NCBI GenBank assembly: GCA_947586855.1
Contig: CANPXV010000001.1
Location: forward strand, 81,350 to 145,349
Direction of reading: 5' to 3'
Length of the DNA stretch: 64,000 nt
Origin: an uncultured Clostridia bacterium
GTDB taxonomy: Bacteria; Bacillota; Clostridia; Christensenellales; CAG-314
Of the stretch, positions 31,540 to 40,900 are shown one piece after another (positions within the stretch are counted from its first letter, which is position 1; every line of letters begins with the position of its first letter). The position numbers and the translations under genes are program-made. The notes under the pieces are model-generated. The model made no database searches, was not told where the DNA came from, and saw only the letters and a list, made by a program, of their open reading frames with translations.

Positions 31540-33842
31540 CGATTGGCCTCCGCGTCCTTGCGACGTTTGCTGCGTTTCTCCTTGGAGGGCTTGGCGCCGC
31601 CCTCACCGCCTGATGTGCCGCCCTCGACGGGTATCGGCTCCACCTCGCTGCCGTTGATGACGGACATGTAGAATTGTTCCAGACTCTGGCCGGAGGCCTC
31701 CATCTCGTGCACGTCACGCACGCATTGGATCTGACCCTTGCGGATGATGGCTATGCGGTCGCAGATACGCTCCACCACGTCGATGATGTGGCTGCTGAAA
31801 AACACAATGTTGCCCGCCTCGGCGTGCTCCCTCATGCACTCCTTCACCTGAAAGATGCTGTTGGGGTCCAGACCGGTGAGCGGTTCGTCCAAGATCCACA
31901 CCTTGGGGTTGTGGATGAGCGCCGACATTATCGTAACTTTTTGCTTCATTCCGTGCGAGAAGGTGCGGATGGGGTTGTCCAGCGCAGCGGTCAGTTCAAA
32001 ACGCTCCGCCATGCGAGAAAGCCTCTCGTCACGATCCTGTTTGGACACCTCGTACAAATCGGCGATGTAGTTGATATACTCACGTGCTGTCAGCCGCTCG
32101 TACAGTGCGTAGTGGTCGGGCACAAAGCCTATTTGGCGCTTGGCCATGACGGATTGCGTTGCTACGTCGTAGCCGCACACCTCGATGGCACCCTCGGTGA
32201 TGGTCTGTATGCCCACGATGCTCTTGATGATGGTGGATTTGCCTGCGCCGTTGGGGCCCAAAAAGCCGTAAATCTCGCCGCCGCACACTTCCAGATCGGC
32301 GTCCTTGACGGCATAGACGTCACTGCTGCCGTAGCGCTTGGTAAATTTTTTGAGAACGAGTTTGTTTGCGTTTTCCATGTTCATTGGCTCCTCGATGCTT
32401 CTGCCTGCCAGCTTGACCTCCAAGGCAAGCCTGTCGGCATGTATTTTTTTGTTGCGTTCCACAATATCCAACCAGCCCGCAGCGGCGTTGTAGCCCAATT
32501 CGTAGATGAACCACATGCCGAACGCAAAGCCGTAGTACACAATAAGAAACAAAAACTGATACAGCGGATAGAAGATGAATTTCAGTTCTCCTATGCTGAA
32601 ACTCCACACAAAGTTGCGGGTGTCCCTTGCCCACTGACCAAGTTTGTCCACTATGAAGTCACTGTTGAGGAAGAAGTAGTCTACGCTGGCATTGTAGTTG
32701 GTAAACCAGGCGTTTACTATCAACATCAACACAAAGTACACCGAAAACCCTATCATGCTGTACTTGAATTCCTTCAAGCGGGGGCGGCGGAATATGCCCA
32801 GCCCCACCACCAACAGCGGCATAAAGAACGCTTGATAGTGGTTCATGTAGAACAGCCATATGCTGATGCCGAGAATGCTGATACCCTCGTTGTAGTTGGG
32901 CATTATCATCGCCAAAAATGCGCCCAACACGTTGATAAAGTAGGTAAAGTAGAAAAACTTTTTCCACTTGAATGTGAGGCACAGCGGCGTGATGTACATG
33001 GCGGTGTTGCACAAGTGCAAGGGCAGCGCCGTCACCCAGCTGGGGCCGAAGAAATCGGCAAAACGGTGGTAAAAACTGAAATTGAGCAGGCCCAGCCAGG
33101 CGTAGTACATCATGGCAAAACGCTTGGTGTCCATAGGCTTGTCTCTCAGCAGCACAAACAGCACGATGGGTATGATGATCGCAGGATACAGTATCATGCG
33201 GTGGTAGATGTTGAAATCGTGCGGGTTCATGGTAAACTTGTTCGGGTCGGACATCACCTGCAAGCCGTAGCTGGGGAATGCGGCAAACAGGCAGCCCACC
33301 ACCGCCAACGCAAACCATATCCACTCCTTTTTGCGCAAAATGACCTTGTCAAGATTGACAACGGTGTACACAACGCAGAAGCCCAAACCAAGGCCCGTTT
33401 CCAACCCGATAAGCATGGCTCGGACGTCAAACGTTTGCAGGGCCTCGCCGCCCGTGATGGCCAGCACGTGGCCGGGAAACATCACCGTGTTAAACACAAA
33501 TATGGGCAGCGCAACGTATGCGATCAGCGCAGGCAGCGTGCGCACCTTGAAGAAGGGCGCCAACACCACCAACATCTCCGCTGCGTAGGCAAACCACACC
33601 TGAAACAACGCCACCGTGATCAGCTCCTTGGAGCCGATAGTGTCGTTGGGTTGCCTGTTGATCATGTTGGCAATGACGTCCTGTCCCAACATATAGCGGA
33701 AGAACAACGCCGTCGCCAACAACAACGAAAATGTTTTTAGTGCGATGTTTAGTTTTGTCGGAAGTTTTTTGTTGAGCACCAACCCAACTGCGATAACCGC
33801 CGCAGCGCCTGCCGCACCGACCAGATAGTAGACTGCTGTCAT
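31536..33842 (-). CDS. 768-aa fusion of an N-terminal polytopic membrane domain (~470 aa) with a C-terminal ABC ATPase
   Basis: AAGGAGAGG SD. NBD motifs GPNGAGKST, FSHGMKQKV, VWILDEP and FFSSHI. Gly-rich then Lys/Arg-rich C-terminal tail. Confidence 0.9.
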   Translation of the reverse strand: MTAVYYLVGAAGAAAVIAVGLVLNKKLPTKLNIALKTFSLLLATALFFRYMLGQDVIANMINRQPNDTIGSKELITVALFQVWFAYAAEMLVVLAPFFKVRTLPALIAYVALPIFVFNTVMFPGHVLAITGGEALQTFDVRAMLIGLETGLGLGFCVVYTVVNLDKVILRKKEWIWFALAVVGCLFAAFPSYGLQVMSDPNKFTMNPHDFNIYHRMILYPAIIIPIVLFVLLRDKPMDTKRFAMMYYAWLGLLNFSFYHRFADFFGPSWVTALPLHLCNTAMYITPLCLTFKWKKFFYFTYFINVLGAFLAMIMPNYNEGISILGISIWLFYMNHYQAFFMPLLVVGLGIFRRPRLKEFKYSMIGFSVYFVLMLIVNAWFTNYNASVDYFFLNSDFIVDKLGQWARDTRNFVWSFSIGELKFIFYPLYQFLFLIVYYGFAFGMWFIYELGYNAAAGWLDIVERNKKIHADRLALEVKLAGRSIEEPMNMENANKLVLKKFTKRYGSSDVYAVKDADLEVCGGEIYGFLGPNGAGKSTIIKSIVGIQTITEGAIEVCGYDVATQSVMAKRQIGFVPDHYALYERLTAREYINYIADLYEVSKQDRDERLSRMAERFELTAALDNPIRTFSHGMKQKVTIMSALIHNPKVWILDEPLTGLDPNSIFQVKECMREHAEAGNIVFFSSHIIDVVERICDRIAIIRKGQIQCVRDVHEMEASGQSLEQFYMSVINGSEVEPIPVEGGTSGGEGGAKPSKEKRSKRRKDAEANR

Positions 33843-34022
33843 TTCCTCTCCTTGAATTTTGACATCAAAAAAATCCGCCTATCGCCCATATTAGTTTGGA
33901 CAATTGTACGGATTTAGTTGCACTACCGCCCACAAATTGCTGCAAGGCTTTGCCAAGGTGCGCACTTGAATGGATGTGCCCTTGACGGCGAGCCTGCCGT
34001 TTTGCATGCGGTACTATTTAGT

Positions 34023-34490
34023 TCAGGACAAAAAACAAACCTTGTGTCGGTAGGATACCGCCGCACAAAGTTTGTTGCTAACGCAAAAATCATCGCCGCA
34101 AACATATTTGCAGTTTGCACCGATGAATTGCGAACTATGCGCCGCATTGGACGACGTGATAACCCACGTCGAAACACACCACAGCGCAACAAAAATGAGA
34201 CCTAACAGGCTATATTGGGCATACCCCCCCCCGTGGCGAATTTGCTCAAACGCAAAAACTATGCCTCGCTCCAACAGGCGCACGGTTTGGGGCGTGACGA
34301 TGGACGAATTGTGCTCTACGTCCTTCATCACAAGGCTCAGCAACAACAGCAACAAAAACATAGCAAGAAAACTGACAGCCTTGCACAGGCAGCTGCCGAG
34401 TTTTTCTACCTTGATCTGCAATGATTGCGAGCGCTCGTTTTGGATTATGCGAGAGCCGTAAACAAATTTGTGCATTTTTGCCACGTCCAT
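34023..34490 (-). CDS. doubtful 155-codon ORF (two hydrophobic segments) containing a G9 tract
   Basis: It is the only sizeable ORF downstream of the 34610-34637 promoter. It has no SD and atypical composition, so it may not be coding. Confidence 0.2.
   Translation of the reverse strand: MDVAKMHKFVYGSRIIQNERSQSLQIKVEKLGSCLCKAVSFLAMFLLLLLLSLVMKDVEHNSSIVTPQTVRLLERGIVFAFEQIRHGGGYAQYSLLGLIFVALWCVSTWVITSSNAAHSSQFIGANCKYVCGDDFCVSNKLCAAVSYRHKVCFLS
34224..34232. repeat. homopolymer tract C9 (G9 on minus strand)
   Basis: Direct read: 9 consecutive c. On the minus strand this encodes HGGGY in the doubtful ORF. Confidence 0.95.
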
Positions 34491-34495
34491 TGCCG

Positions 34496-34579
34496 AAAAT
34501 TTGGGGGTTTGCCCTCAAACTTGGGGATTTTGACCTCAAATTCGGAAATTTGCGCCCAAATTCGAGATTTTTCTCCCCC
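34496..34579 (-). repeat. four phased direct repeats of 20-22 nt
   Basis: Minus strand reads GGGGGAGAAAAATCTCGAATTT / GGGCGCAAATTTCCGAATTT / GAGGTCAAAATCCCCAAGTTT / GAGGGCAAACCCCCAAATTTT, lying immediately downstream of the predicted TSS. Confidence 0.75.
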
Positions 34580-34609
34580 GAAAAGTTAAAATCACACTTT
34601 GACGACATA

Positions 34610-34637
34610 ATTATAAACCTTTTGTACAATTTGTCAA
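34610..34637 (-). promoter_or_regulatory. consensus sigma70-type promoter inside the coding-poor island
   Basis: Minus strand reads TTGACA, a 16-nt spacer, then TATAAT. Confidence 0.6.
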
Positions 34638-34934
34638 CAATTTAAGAGTATTTCAAGCATTTTTAACAGTGAACGTTTGCAGAATTTTTTCGCATTTGCA
34701 GCCGATATTCGACTTTTTGCGACAATTTTGTTATGTTTTCACCCTATCCGGCGGCCTGCGTTACCGTAACGGGGTGGGATTTTGGTGCATACGCCTCCGA
34801 AATCGCCCGTCGTCGCCGCCCGACCGCACACCGAAAGCCTCACCGACGCCGTTTGCGCTTGTGGCTGAATTTTACCTGTCATCAACCCCGCCGCCCTTGG
34901 ACGCTGCGAGCAAATAAACGTTCGGTTCTATAAT

Positions 34935-35057
34935 AAATGTCGAGGTACGAGAGCGATCAAAACAAAAAAACAAATGCTTCAACCATATATTGAGAGTGCA
35001 AACCTCTTTATGTTTTTTCTGTGAGAAATGTCGAGGCGCGGGACAATCAAAACAAAC
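34935..35057. repeat. pair of ~32-bp direct repeats 91 bp apart
   Basis: aaatgtcgaggtacgagagcgatcaaaacaaa (34935-34966) versus aaatgtcgaggcgcgggacaatcaaaacaaa (35026-35057). Confidence 0.5.
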
Positions 35058-35075
35058 ACTTCACCTGAATTTCGA

Positions 35076-35141
35076 GACTGCGGCCCATTTTGCCGCAGTC
35101 CCAAAACAAAAGGTGGAAGTGCACATTTGTACGCTTCCACC
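35076..35141 (-). terminator. tandem hairpins terminating the giant-gene/926-aa operon
   Basis: Minus strand reads GGTGGAAG-cgtacaaatgtgca-CTTCCACC followed by TTTTGTTTTGG. A second 9-bp hairpin follows: GACTGCGGC-aaaatgg-GCCGCAGTC. Confidence 0.65.
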
Positions 35142-35174
35142 TGACACAGCTTTACGCCGAGCTATTGGTTTTGG

Positions 35175-37955
35175 TTATTGTTTGTTGTCATCATCCAATT
35201 CGTCTTTTTCCGTTTCCTCGACGGTCTTGGATGTCACAAACAGACCGGGGGCAATTTCTATCGGGGCAGAGTTGTCTTCTTCTGTCTTGGCCTTGCCTTG
35301 GTCGAAAATAGCTTCGTCGGCGGCAAACTTGATGTCTCGCTTGGCAAGTCCTTTCTTTATCAGCTCCACAATGCCTTCGTAGGGCATGTAGTAGTCTTCT
35401 GCCTCTCGCTCGATACGCTCGATGCCCATCCGTTCCATTGCCATTGCAACAAGCTCAACTGCGTACTTGGCACGCTTGCCGCTCTTGATACGATACATGG
35501 CGGGGGTATCAAAGTTGGACGGAGTGTCGGAGACATCTTCCAGTTGATACTTGCTATCCACAAACTCTGTCACGTCCAACGGCAGGAAGAGGCACAGCGT
35601 CTTGCCGCGGAAGGACAATTTTGCAACGACGATCTTGCCCACCTTGAAGGTCTCGCGCTTCCAGCTCATGCGGCACTTGGACTTTTTGTAATTGAGTATC
35701 TCGTTCTTGATGTCGTTATACCAGAATTTGACATCATCTTCCGACTGGATCAACCTTGCGGTAAAGCTGCGATCGTAGCGCAATCTGCCGGCTTCCACCG
35801 ACTCCTCCTCGATGATGATGGGCTCGCGCTGCTTGCGCTCCTCCTCGGGCAGGGCAACAACGTTGATACGGTAGCCGACCGTTCTGTCCTGATACACTAC
35901 CGAAACAGTGGGAGAGCCTTCCTTGTCCATATCGGGCGGCAACACAGTGTAGTCCTGCACCTCCTCGGTGAAAGGCTCGGCATTGTAGCTGGCGGTAACC
36001 ACCAATCCGTCGTGATTGAGGGCGTCGCCCACAAAGAATTCCTTTTGCACGTTGTCGGTGTTGAGGGACAGCGAAACAAGCTCGCGAATCACCCGTTCGG
36101 GCACTTCGGGCACCTCGGTTGCGGCGACTTCTTTTTCCGTTTCCTCGACGGTCTTGGATGTCACAAACAGACCGGGGGCAATTTCTATCGGGGCAGAGTT
36201 GTCTTCTTCTGTCTTGGCCTTGCCTTGGTCGAAAATAGCTTCGTCGGCGGCAAACTTGATGTCTCGCTTGGCAAGTCCTTTCTTTATCAGCTCCACAATG
36301 CCTTCGTAGGGCATGTAGTAGTCTTCTGCCTCTCGCTCGATACGCTCGATGCCCATCCGTTCCATTGCCATTGCAACAAGCTCAACTGCGTACTTGGCAC
36401 GCTTGCCGCTCTTGATACGATACATGGCGGGGGTATCAAAGTTGGACGGAGTGTCGGAGACATCTTCCAGTTGATACTTGCTATCCACAAACTCTGTCAC
36501 GTCCAACGGCAGGAAGAGGCACAGCGTCTTGCCGCGGAAGGACAATTTTGCAACGACGATCTTGCCCACCTTGAAGGTCTCGCGCTTCCAGCTCATGCGG
36601 CACTTGGACTTTTTGTAATTGAGTATCTCGTTCTTGATGTCGTTATACCAGAATTTGACATCATCTTCCGACTGGATCAACCTTGCGGTAAAGCTGCGAT
36701 CGTATCGCAATCTGCCGGCCTCGACCGATTCTTCCTCGATGATGATGGGCTCGCGCTGCTTGCGCTCCTCCTCGGTGAGCTCGCTGACGGAAATTGTGTA
36801 GTATGCGGTTTGACCGTCAAATTTGACGGCAACTTCCTTGTCGCCCGCAACGGACATATCCGGCTTGATCACATAGCAACCGACCAACTCATTTTCGGCG
36901 GTGATATGGTCGTACAGCTGCTGATCGACAACGGCAAACTCCGCAACGGTTTCGCTTGTGGGGTCAAGATCGTATTGAGCGTTGATCACAAGGCCGTTAC
37001 AATCGAATTCATCGCCCTCAGTAAACTGACATCTTACGGCCGCAAGGTCCAAGGTGACGCCCACAAGTTTGCGCTCGGCAGGTTCTTCTTGCGGCTGAAC
37101 GTCCTCTTCTTTGGAGGAAACAACGATCATGTACATGGCCGATTTATCCTTGTAGCAAACAGTGACGGCAGGCTTGCCCTCTTGCGACAGGTCGGGAAGG
37201 ATGACATAGCAATCGTCGGTATCCTTTTCGGAAAGGGCAGCATACTCTTCCGCAGAGAGGAGGCTGAACTCGATAATAGTTTCGGCAAGGGGTTCCTCGC
37301 TGTAGTTGGCGGTAACCATCAGGCCGTCGCAATTGAACTCGTCGCCAACGACGAAATCCCGTTGCACCACTTCCAGATTGAGGTCCAACCCCACAAGAGT
37401 ACGCACGGAATCCGTTTCCTGCACGGGCGTCTCGACGACAACGGGTGCAACGACGGGTGCGGGAGCTTCTTCGTGCTCGCCCACGGAAATGACGTACAGC
37501 GCTTGCTGTCCCTGGTAGCACACCGTAACAGACACCTTGCCCTCGACGGATGTGTCGGGATAGAGCGCATAGCACACGTCCAGAGGGCCTTTTTCCTGAA
37601 GCATTTCCAGAGTTTCGGGTGTGAACACCGCCACCTTGGAGATAGGTTCGGACATGGGGTCCAGATTGTAGTTTGCCGTTACTACCAGCCCGTCGCAGTT
37701 GAACTGCTCGCCCACATCGAACGTGCGCTTGACCATGGATAGGTCGAGAGTCAGTCCGGTGAGTATACGTTCGCTGGGCTTGGTGTCGACGACGATTTTG
37801 TTGGTGCCGACACGCTTGATAAGTATTGCAAAGACAAGTACCATAAACATTATCAATGCAACTTGCACAATCAAAAGCCAAAACAGTGCGCTTTCGAGAG
37901 GCCAATCGAATTCCCAATTGAAGATCTTCATTTTGTCTGACAACAGATTAAACAT
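35175..37955 (-). CDS. 926-aa membrane-anchored protein: TM, three Ig-like (Big_3-like) modules, domain X, a fourth Ig-like module, domain X again
   Basis: N-terminal helix LFWLLIVQVALIMFMVLVFAILI. The ~95-aa modules follow L.G[LV].L....V...F..G[DE].F[ND]C.GL.VTA.Y...P. Two copies of a ~210-aa Lys/Glu-rich domain (RLRYDRSFTARLIQSEDDVKFWYNDIKNEILNYKK..). The start lies 20 nt after the giant ORF stop. Confidence 0.85.
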   Translation of the reverse strand: MFNLLSDKMKIFNWEFDWPLESALFWLLIVQVALIMFMVLVFAILIKRVGTNKIVVDTKPSERILTGLTLDLSMVKRTFDVGEQFNCDGLVVTANYNLDPMSEPISKVAVFTPETLEMLQEKGPLDVCYALYPDTSVEGKVSVTVCYQGQQALYVISVGEHEEAPAPVVAPVVVETPVQETDSVRTLVGLDLNLEVVQRDFVVGDEFNCDGLMVTANYSEEPLAETIIEFSLLSAEEYAALSEKDTDDCYVILPDLSQEGKPAVTVCYKDKSAMYMIVVSSKEEDVQPQEEPAERKLVGVTLDLAAVRCQFTEGDEFDCNGLVINAQYDLDPTSETVAEFAVVDQQLYDHITAENELVGCYVIKPDMSVAGDKEVAVKFDGQTAYYTISVSELTEEERKQREPIIIEEESVEAGRLRYDRSFTARLIQSEDDVKFWYNDIKNEILNYKKSKCRMSWKRETFKVGKIVVAKLSFRGKTLCLFLPLDVTEFVDSKYQLEDVSDTPSNFDTPAMYRIKSGKRAKYAVELVAMAMERMGIERIEREAEDYYMPYEGIVELIKKGLAKRDIKFAADEAIFDQGKAKTEEDNSAPIEIAPGLFVTSKTVEETEKEVAATEVPEVPERVIRELVSLSLNTDNVQKEFFVGDALNHDGLVVTASYNAEPFTEEVQDYTVLPPDMDKEGSPTVSVVYQDRTVGYRINVVALPEEERKQREPIIIEEESVEAGRLRYDRSFTARLIQSEDDVKFWYNDIKNEILNYKKSKCRMSWKRETFKVGKIVVAKLSFRGKTLCLFLPLDVTEFVDSKYQLEDVSDTPSNFDTPAMYRIKSGKRAKYAVELVAMAMERMGIERIEREAEDYYMPYEGIVELIKKGLAKRDIKFAADEAIFDQGKAKTEEDNSAPIEIAPGLFVTSKTVEETEKDELDDDNKQ
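35203..35848. repeat. intragenic duplication, copy 1 (C-terminal domain X)
   Basis: Positions 35203-35777 are identical base for base to 36130-36704 (575 bp). The next 71 bp carry 5 mismatches. The offset is exactly 927 bp (309 codons). Confidence 0.95.
36130..36775. repeat. intragenic duplication, copy 2 (internal domain X)
   Basis: See copy 1; aligned by direct reading of both stretches. Confidence 0.95.
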
Positions 37956-37975
37956 TTTTTTTACCTGCCTTTGTG

Positions 37976-40900
37976 TTATTTGGTTCTTTGTTTTTTATTC
38001 CCTTTGCGCCTACGGATAAATATCAGCGCAAATGTAAGGATTACAAATTGTGAAGCGTAGATCATCACATAGGTGGTGATATCCAGCCCATCGGGGAGGG
38101 ACAGCTTATTGATGACGTTTATCATAAAGCGTGTCATGGCTCCCTTCCAGTTGAGTGATTCGTCGACGATCACCTTGGCGTAGTAGGTGCCCTCGGGTGC
38201 GTTGATGATGTCGTCAAAGTCTGCCAAAACGGTCATCTCCGCATCCAGATAGTACTCTACCCTGGCGTTGCCCCACTTGGCGGTGGGCAGCTCGGCTTGT
38301 TCGATCGGGTCGCCCATGTCGATGTCGCCGTCGCCGGTGTACTGCTTGGTAAAGAAGTTGTCGGCTTGCTCTATCGCATACGTGCCAAACCCGCCTGCCG
38401 ATCCCTCGAACGTTACTGCGTAGTTGGGGTTGTCGGCTGTGCCACCTATCGCATAGACGCCAACATTGTGCAGCTCGTTATCGGCCAGACCGTCCAGCCA
38501 AACCACCCGCAATCTGATGTTGAGGTCGTCACCAGTCTGCAAGCCTTGCACCGCAGCGTAGGTGGGCTGTTTGAACTCGTCGCCGTACTTGACAGTGTTG
38601 TCGTTGATGTGGACTGTCACCGGTCTGGGCGTGATGATGTAGCTGCCATTTACTACGGTTACTTCGTAGCAATCGCTCACGGCGTCCTTGACGGTGTAGG
38701 TCAGCGTCATTGCGTAGGTGCCCACATACCAGATCCTGTTTTCGGCGCCAACTGCCACGGTCAGGTTGTCCGTCGTGATGTCGCCCGCCGTTACCAGTGC
38801 GTCGCCGCTCTTGCCTTCGGTGGAGCGAGCAAAGTGCAACAGGCTGTTGCCCAGAGTGTTGGGATCGACAAATGCGTCTCCGTACACCTGCGACACGTTG
38901 TCCACAGTGATGGTCACCTTGCGAGGCACAATGCGATACACGCTGTTTTCGTTGGAGTCGTCCTGCACGTCGTAGTTATCCCAAACGCTGCTCTGCACGG
39001 TGGGCTTGGTCACCTGCAACCTGTACTCGCCCACTTTGGTAAAGCCGCCCACAAGATTGGCATCGGCATAGGGATCGTCTATCCAAGTGTATTCGTAACC
39101 GAGGTTGTCGCCGTTGACCATTGCGGGGCCGCTCTTGCCGTTGGAGCGGTAGCTTGCGCCGTGCGGATCTATCGGGTCGCCGTACTCGCTTTCGCTATCG
39201 AAGGTAACAATGATCTGACGTTTTGTCACCTCGTACACGCCGGCCTGATCTGCCACTCTGTTACCGGGCAGGTCTCCGTTGTACTCTCCCGCAAAGGTGA
39301 TTGCGTAGTTGGGATTGTCGCTTGCCGTCACAATGATGGGATACTTGCCGACATGCGTCGTGCCGTCCACCGCTGCTCCGCTTGGCAACAGGGCTGTCAG
39401 CGTGATGTTGAGCTCGTCACCATTTACCAGCGCATTGCCGCCTGTGCGGCTCACCCGATAGGTGAGGGCCACAACATCGTCTCCGTATTCGGAAGAAGCG
39501 TTCTCTATCGTCACCGTTATCTTGCGAGGAGTGACGACATAGTTGCCTTCGACGGTTGTTACCTTATAGTTGGAGTTGGCAAACTCTGCTCTCAGACGGT
39601 AGCTGCCCGCAGGCGACGCCTTGTCTATGTCGCAGAACAGTGCGATGTCGTAGATGTCCTCTATCAGCACGGTTGCGTTGTCGCTGTTGGCAAATGTCGG
39701 GTGATGTGTGCGGGACGCAGTCCAATCCACGTTGTATTGAGTGCTGAACGGATGTTCTTCGCCGTACTCGCTGCTCTGCTCGTTCACTCGGATGGTTATC
39801 TCGCGAGGTACTACGTGCAGCGTTCCGCTGACGATATTGTTGACGTGATAGTTGCTATCGGCCAGGGTGTTTCTGTCCACGGTTATGCCGGCCGCATAGT
39901 CTTTTACAAACACGTTGTTGTCGATATCGGTGTACAACCCAAGCACAGTCACGATCAGGTCGTCTGTATAGGCAATGCCATCGCCGCTGACGCCGCCCGT
40001 ACGACTTGCTGTCCAACCTACGGTGTAGCCGAGGCTGGCGATAAAGTCGCCGTGCCTGTCGCCGTACTCGCTGCTTTGATCCAACACGGTGATGTCAATC
40101 TGGCGAGGAACAATTTCGTAGGTGGTTGTAAACACGCCGTCCAACACATAGTTGGGATTGTTGATGGTCGCCGTGACGGTGTAGCTGCCCACTTTGTTGG
40201 TGTGGCGGTTTGCGAGGATGACCTCGCTCAGATCAAAGGCGAAGCCGAGCACGTCGCGGGTCTCGCTGCCCGCCAGCTGGCTGACAAGCTCCCAACCAAG
40301 TTGGTCGGTGCGGTTGTCGCCGTACTCGCCCTGCGCCCCACTGACAGTTATTGCAATGGCCTTGGGGGTGACAGTGTAGATACCGGCCTTGCCGTTTTCT
40401 CCCATATAGTACTTGTCGCTGTTCCACTCGCCCGTCACAACGATGCTGTAGTTTTTGCCTATCTCGTGGTCGGCGGCGGTGTTGGTCAACATCATGATGA
40501 TGTACTCACCAACGGGGTCGTAGGCCTTGGCATCTTCCACAAGGGAGCCCGTTGCGGCGTTGCGCACCGCAAATGTGAAGAATGATGCGGGCGTGTCGCG
40601 ATTGATGTTGAACCAGGTCTCGTCCTTTGCCGTCCAGCCCATCACGATGTAGTTCATGGGCATTGTGGGACGATCCGTGCCGTACACTACCGATCTTGTC
40701 TGGATGTTGACGGCCAGCGGCCTTTGTGTAATGGTCAGTTTTGGATAGGTGTTCTGTGCATTGGGCTCGTTCCTGTCGGTGACGAAGGTGAGTTCGTAGT
40801 TGCCGTTGGCGTTATAAGAGCTGGCCAAGCGGTAGCCCGCAGCGCTCACCATGAGGTATCCCGTGGACGTGTAGTCCGCCTCACTTGCCGCAAGGGTTAT

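Noticed and set aside
33923-34933. Other small ORFs in the coding-poor island (33923-34192, 34246-34629, 34072-34461, 34669-34917 and others).
   Set aside because: They overlap one another in different frames, lack an SD, and give low-complexity or Arg/Cys-rich translations. None is credible.
37976-38110. A possible sortase sorting signal at the C-terminus of the giant protein (SLPDGLD followed by a hydrophobic helix and a basic tail).
   Set aside because: LPDGL is not an LPXTG-type motif (no Thr-Gly). It is treated as a plain C-terminal TM anchor.
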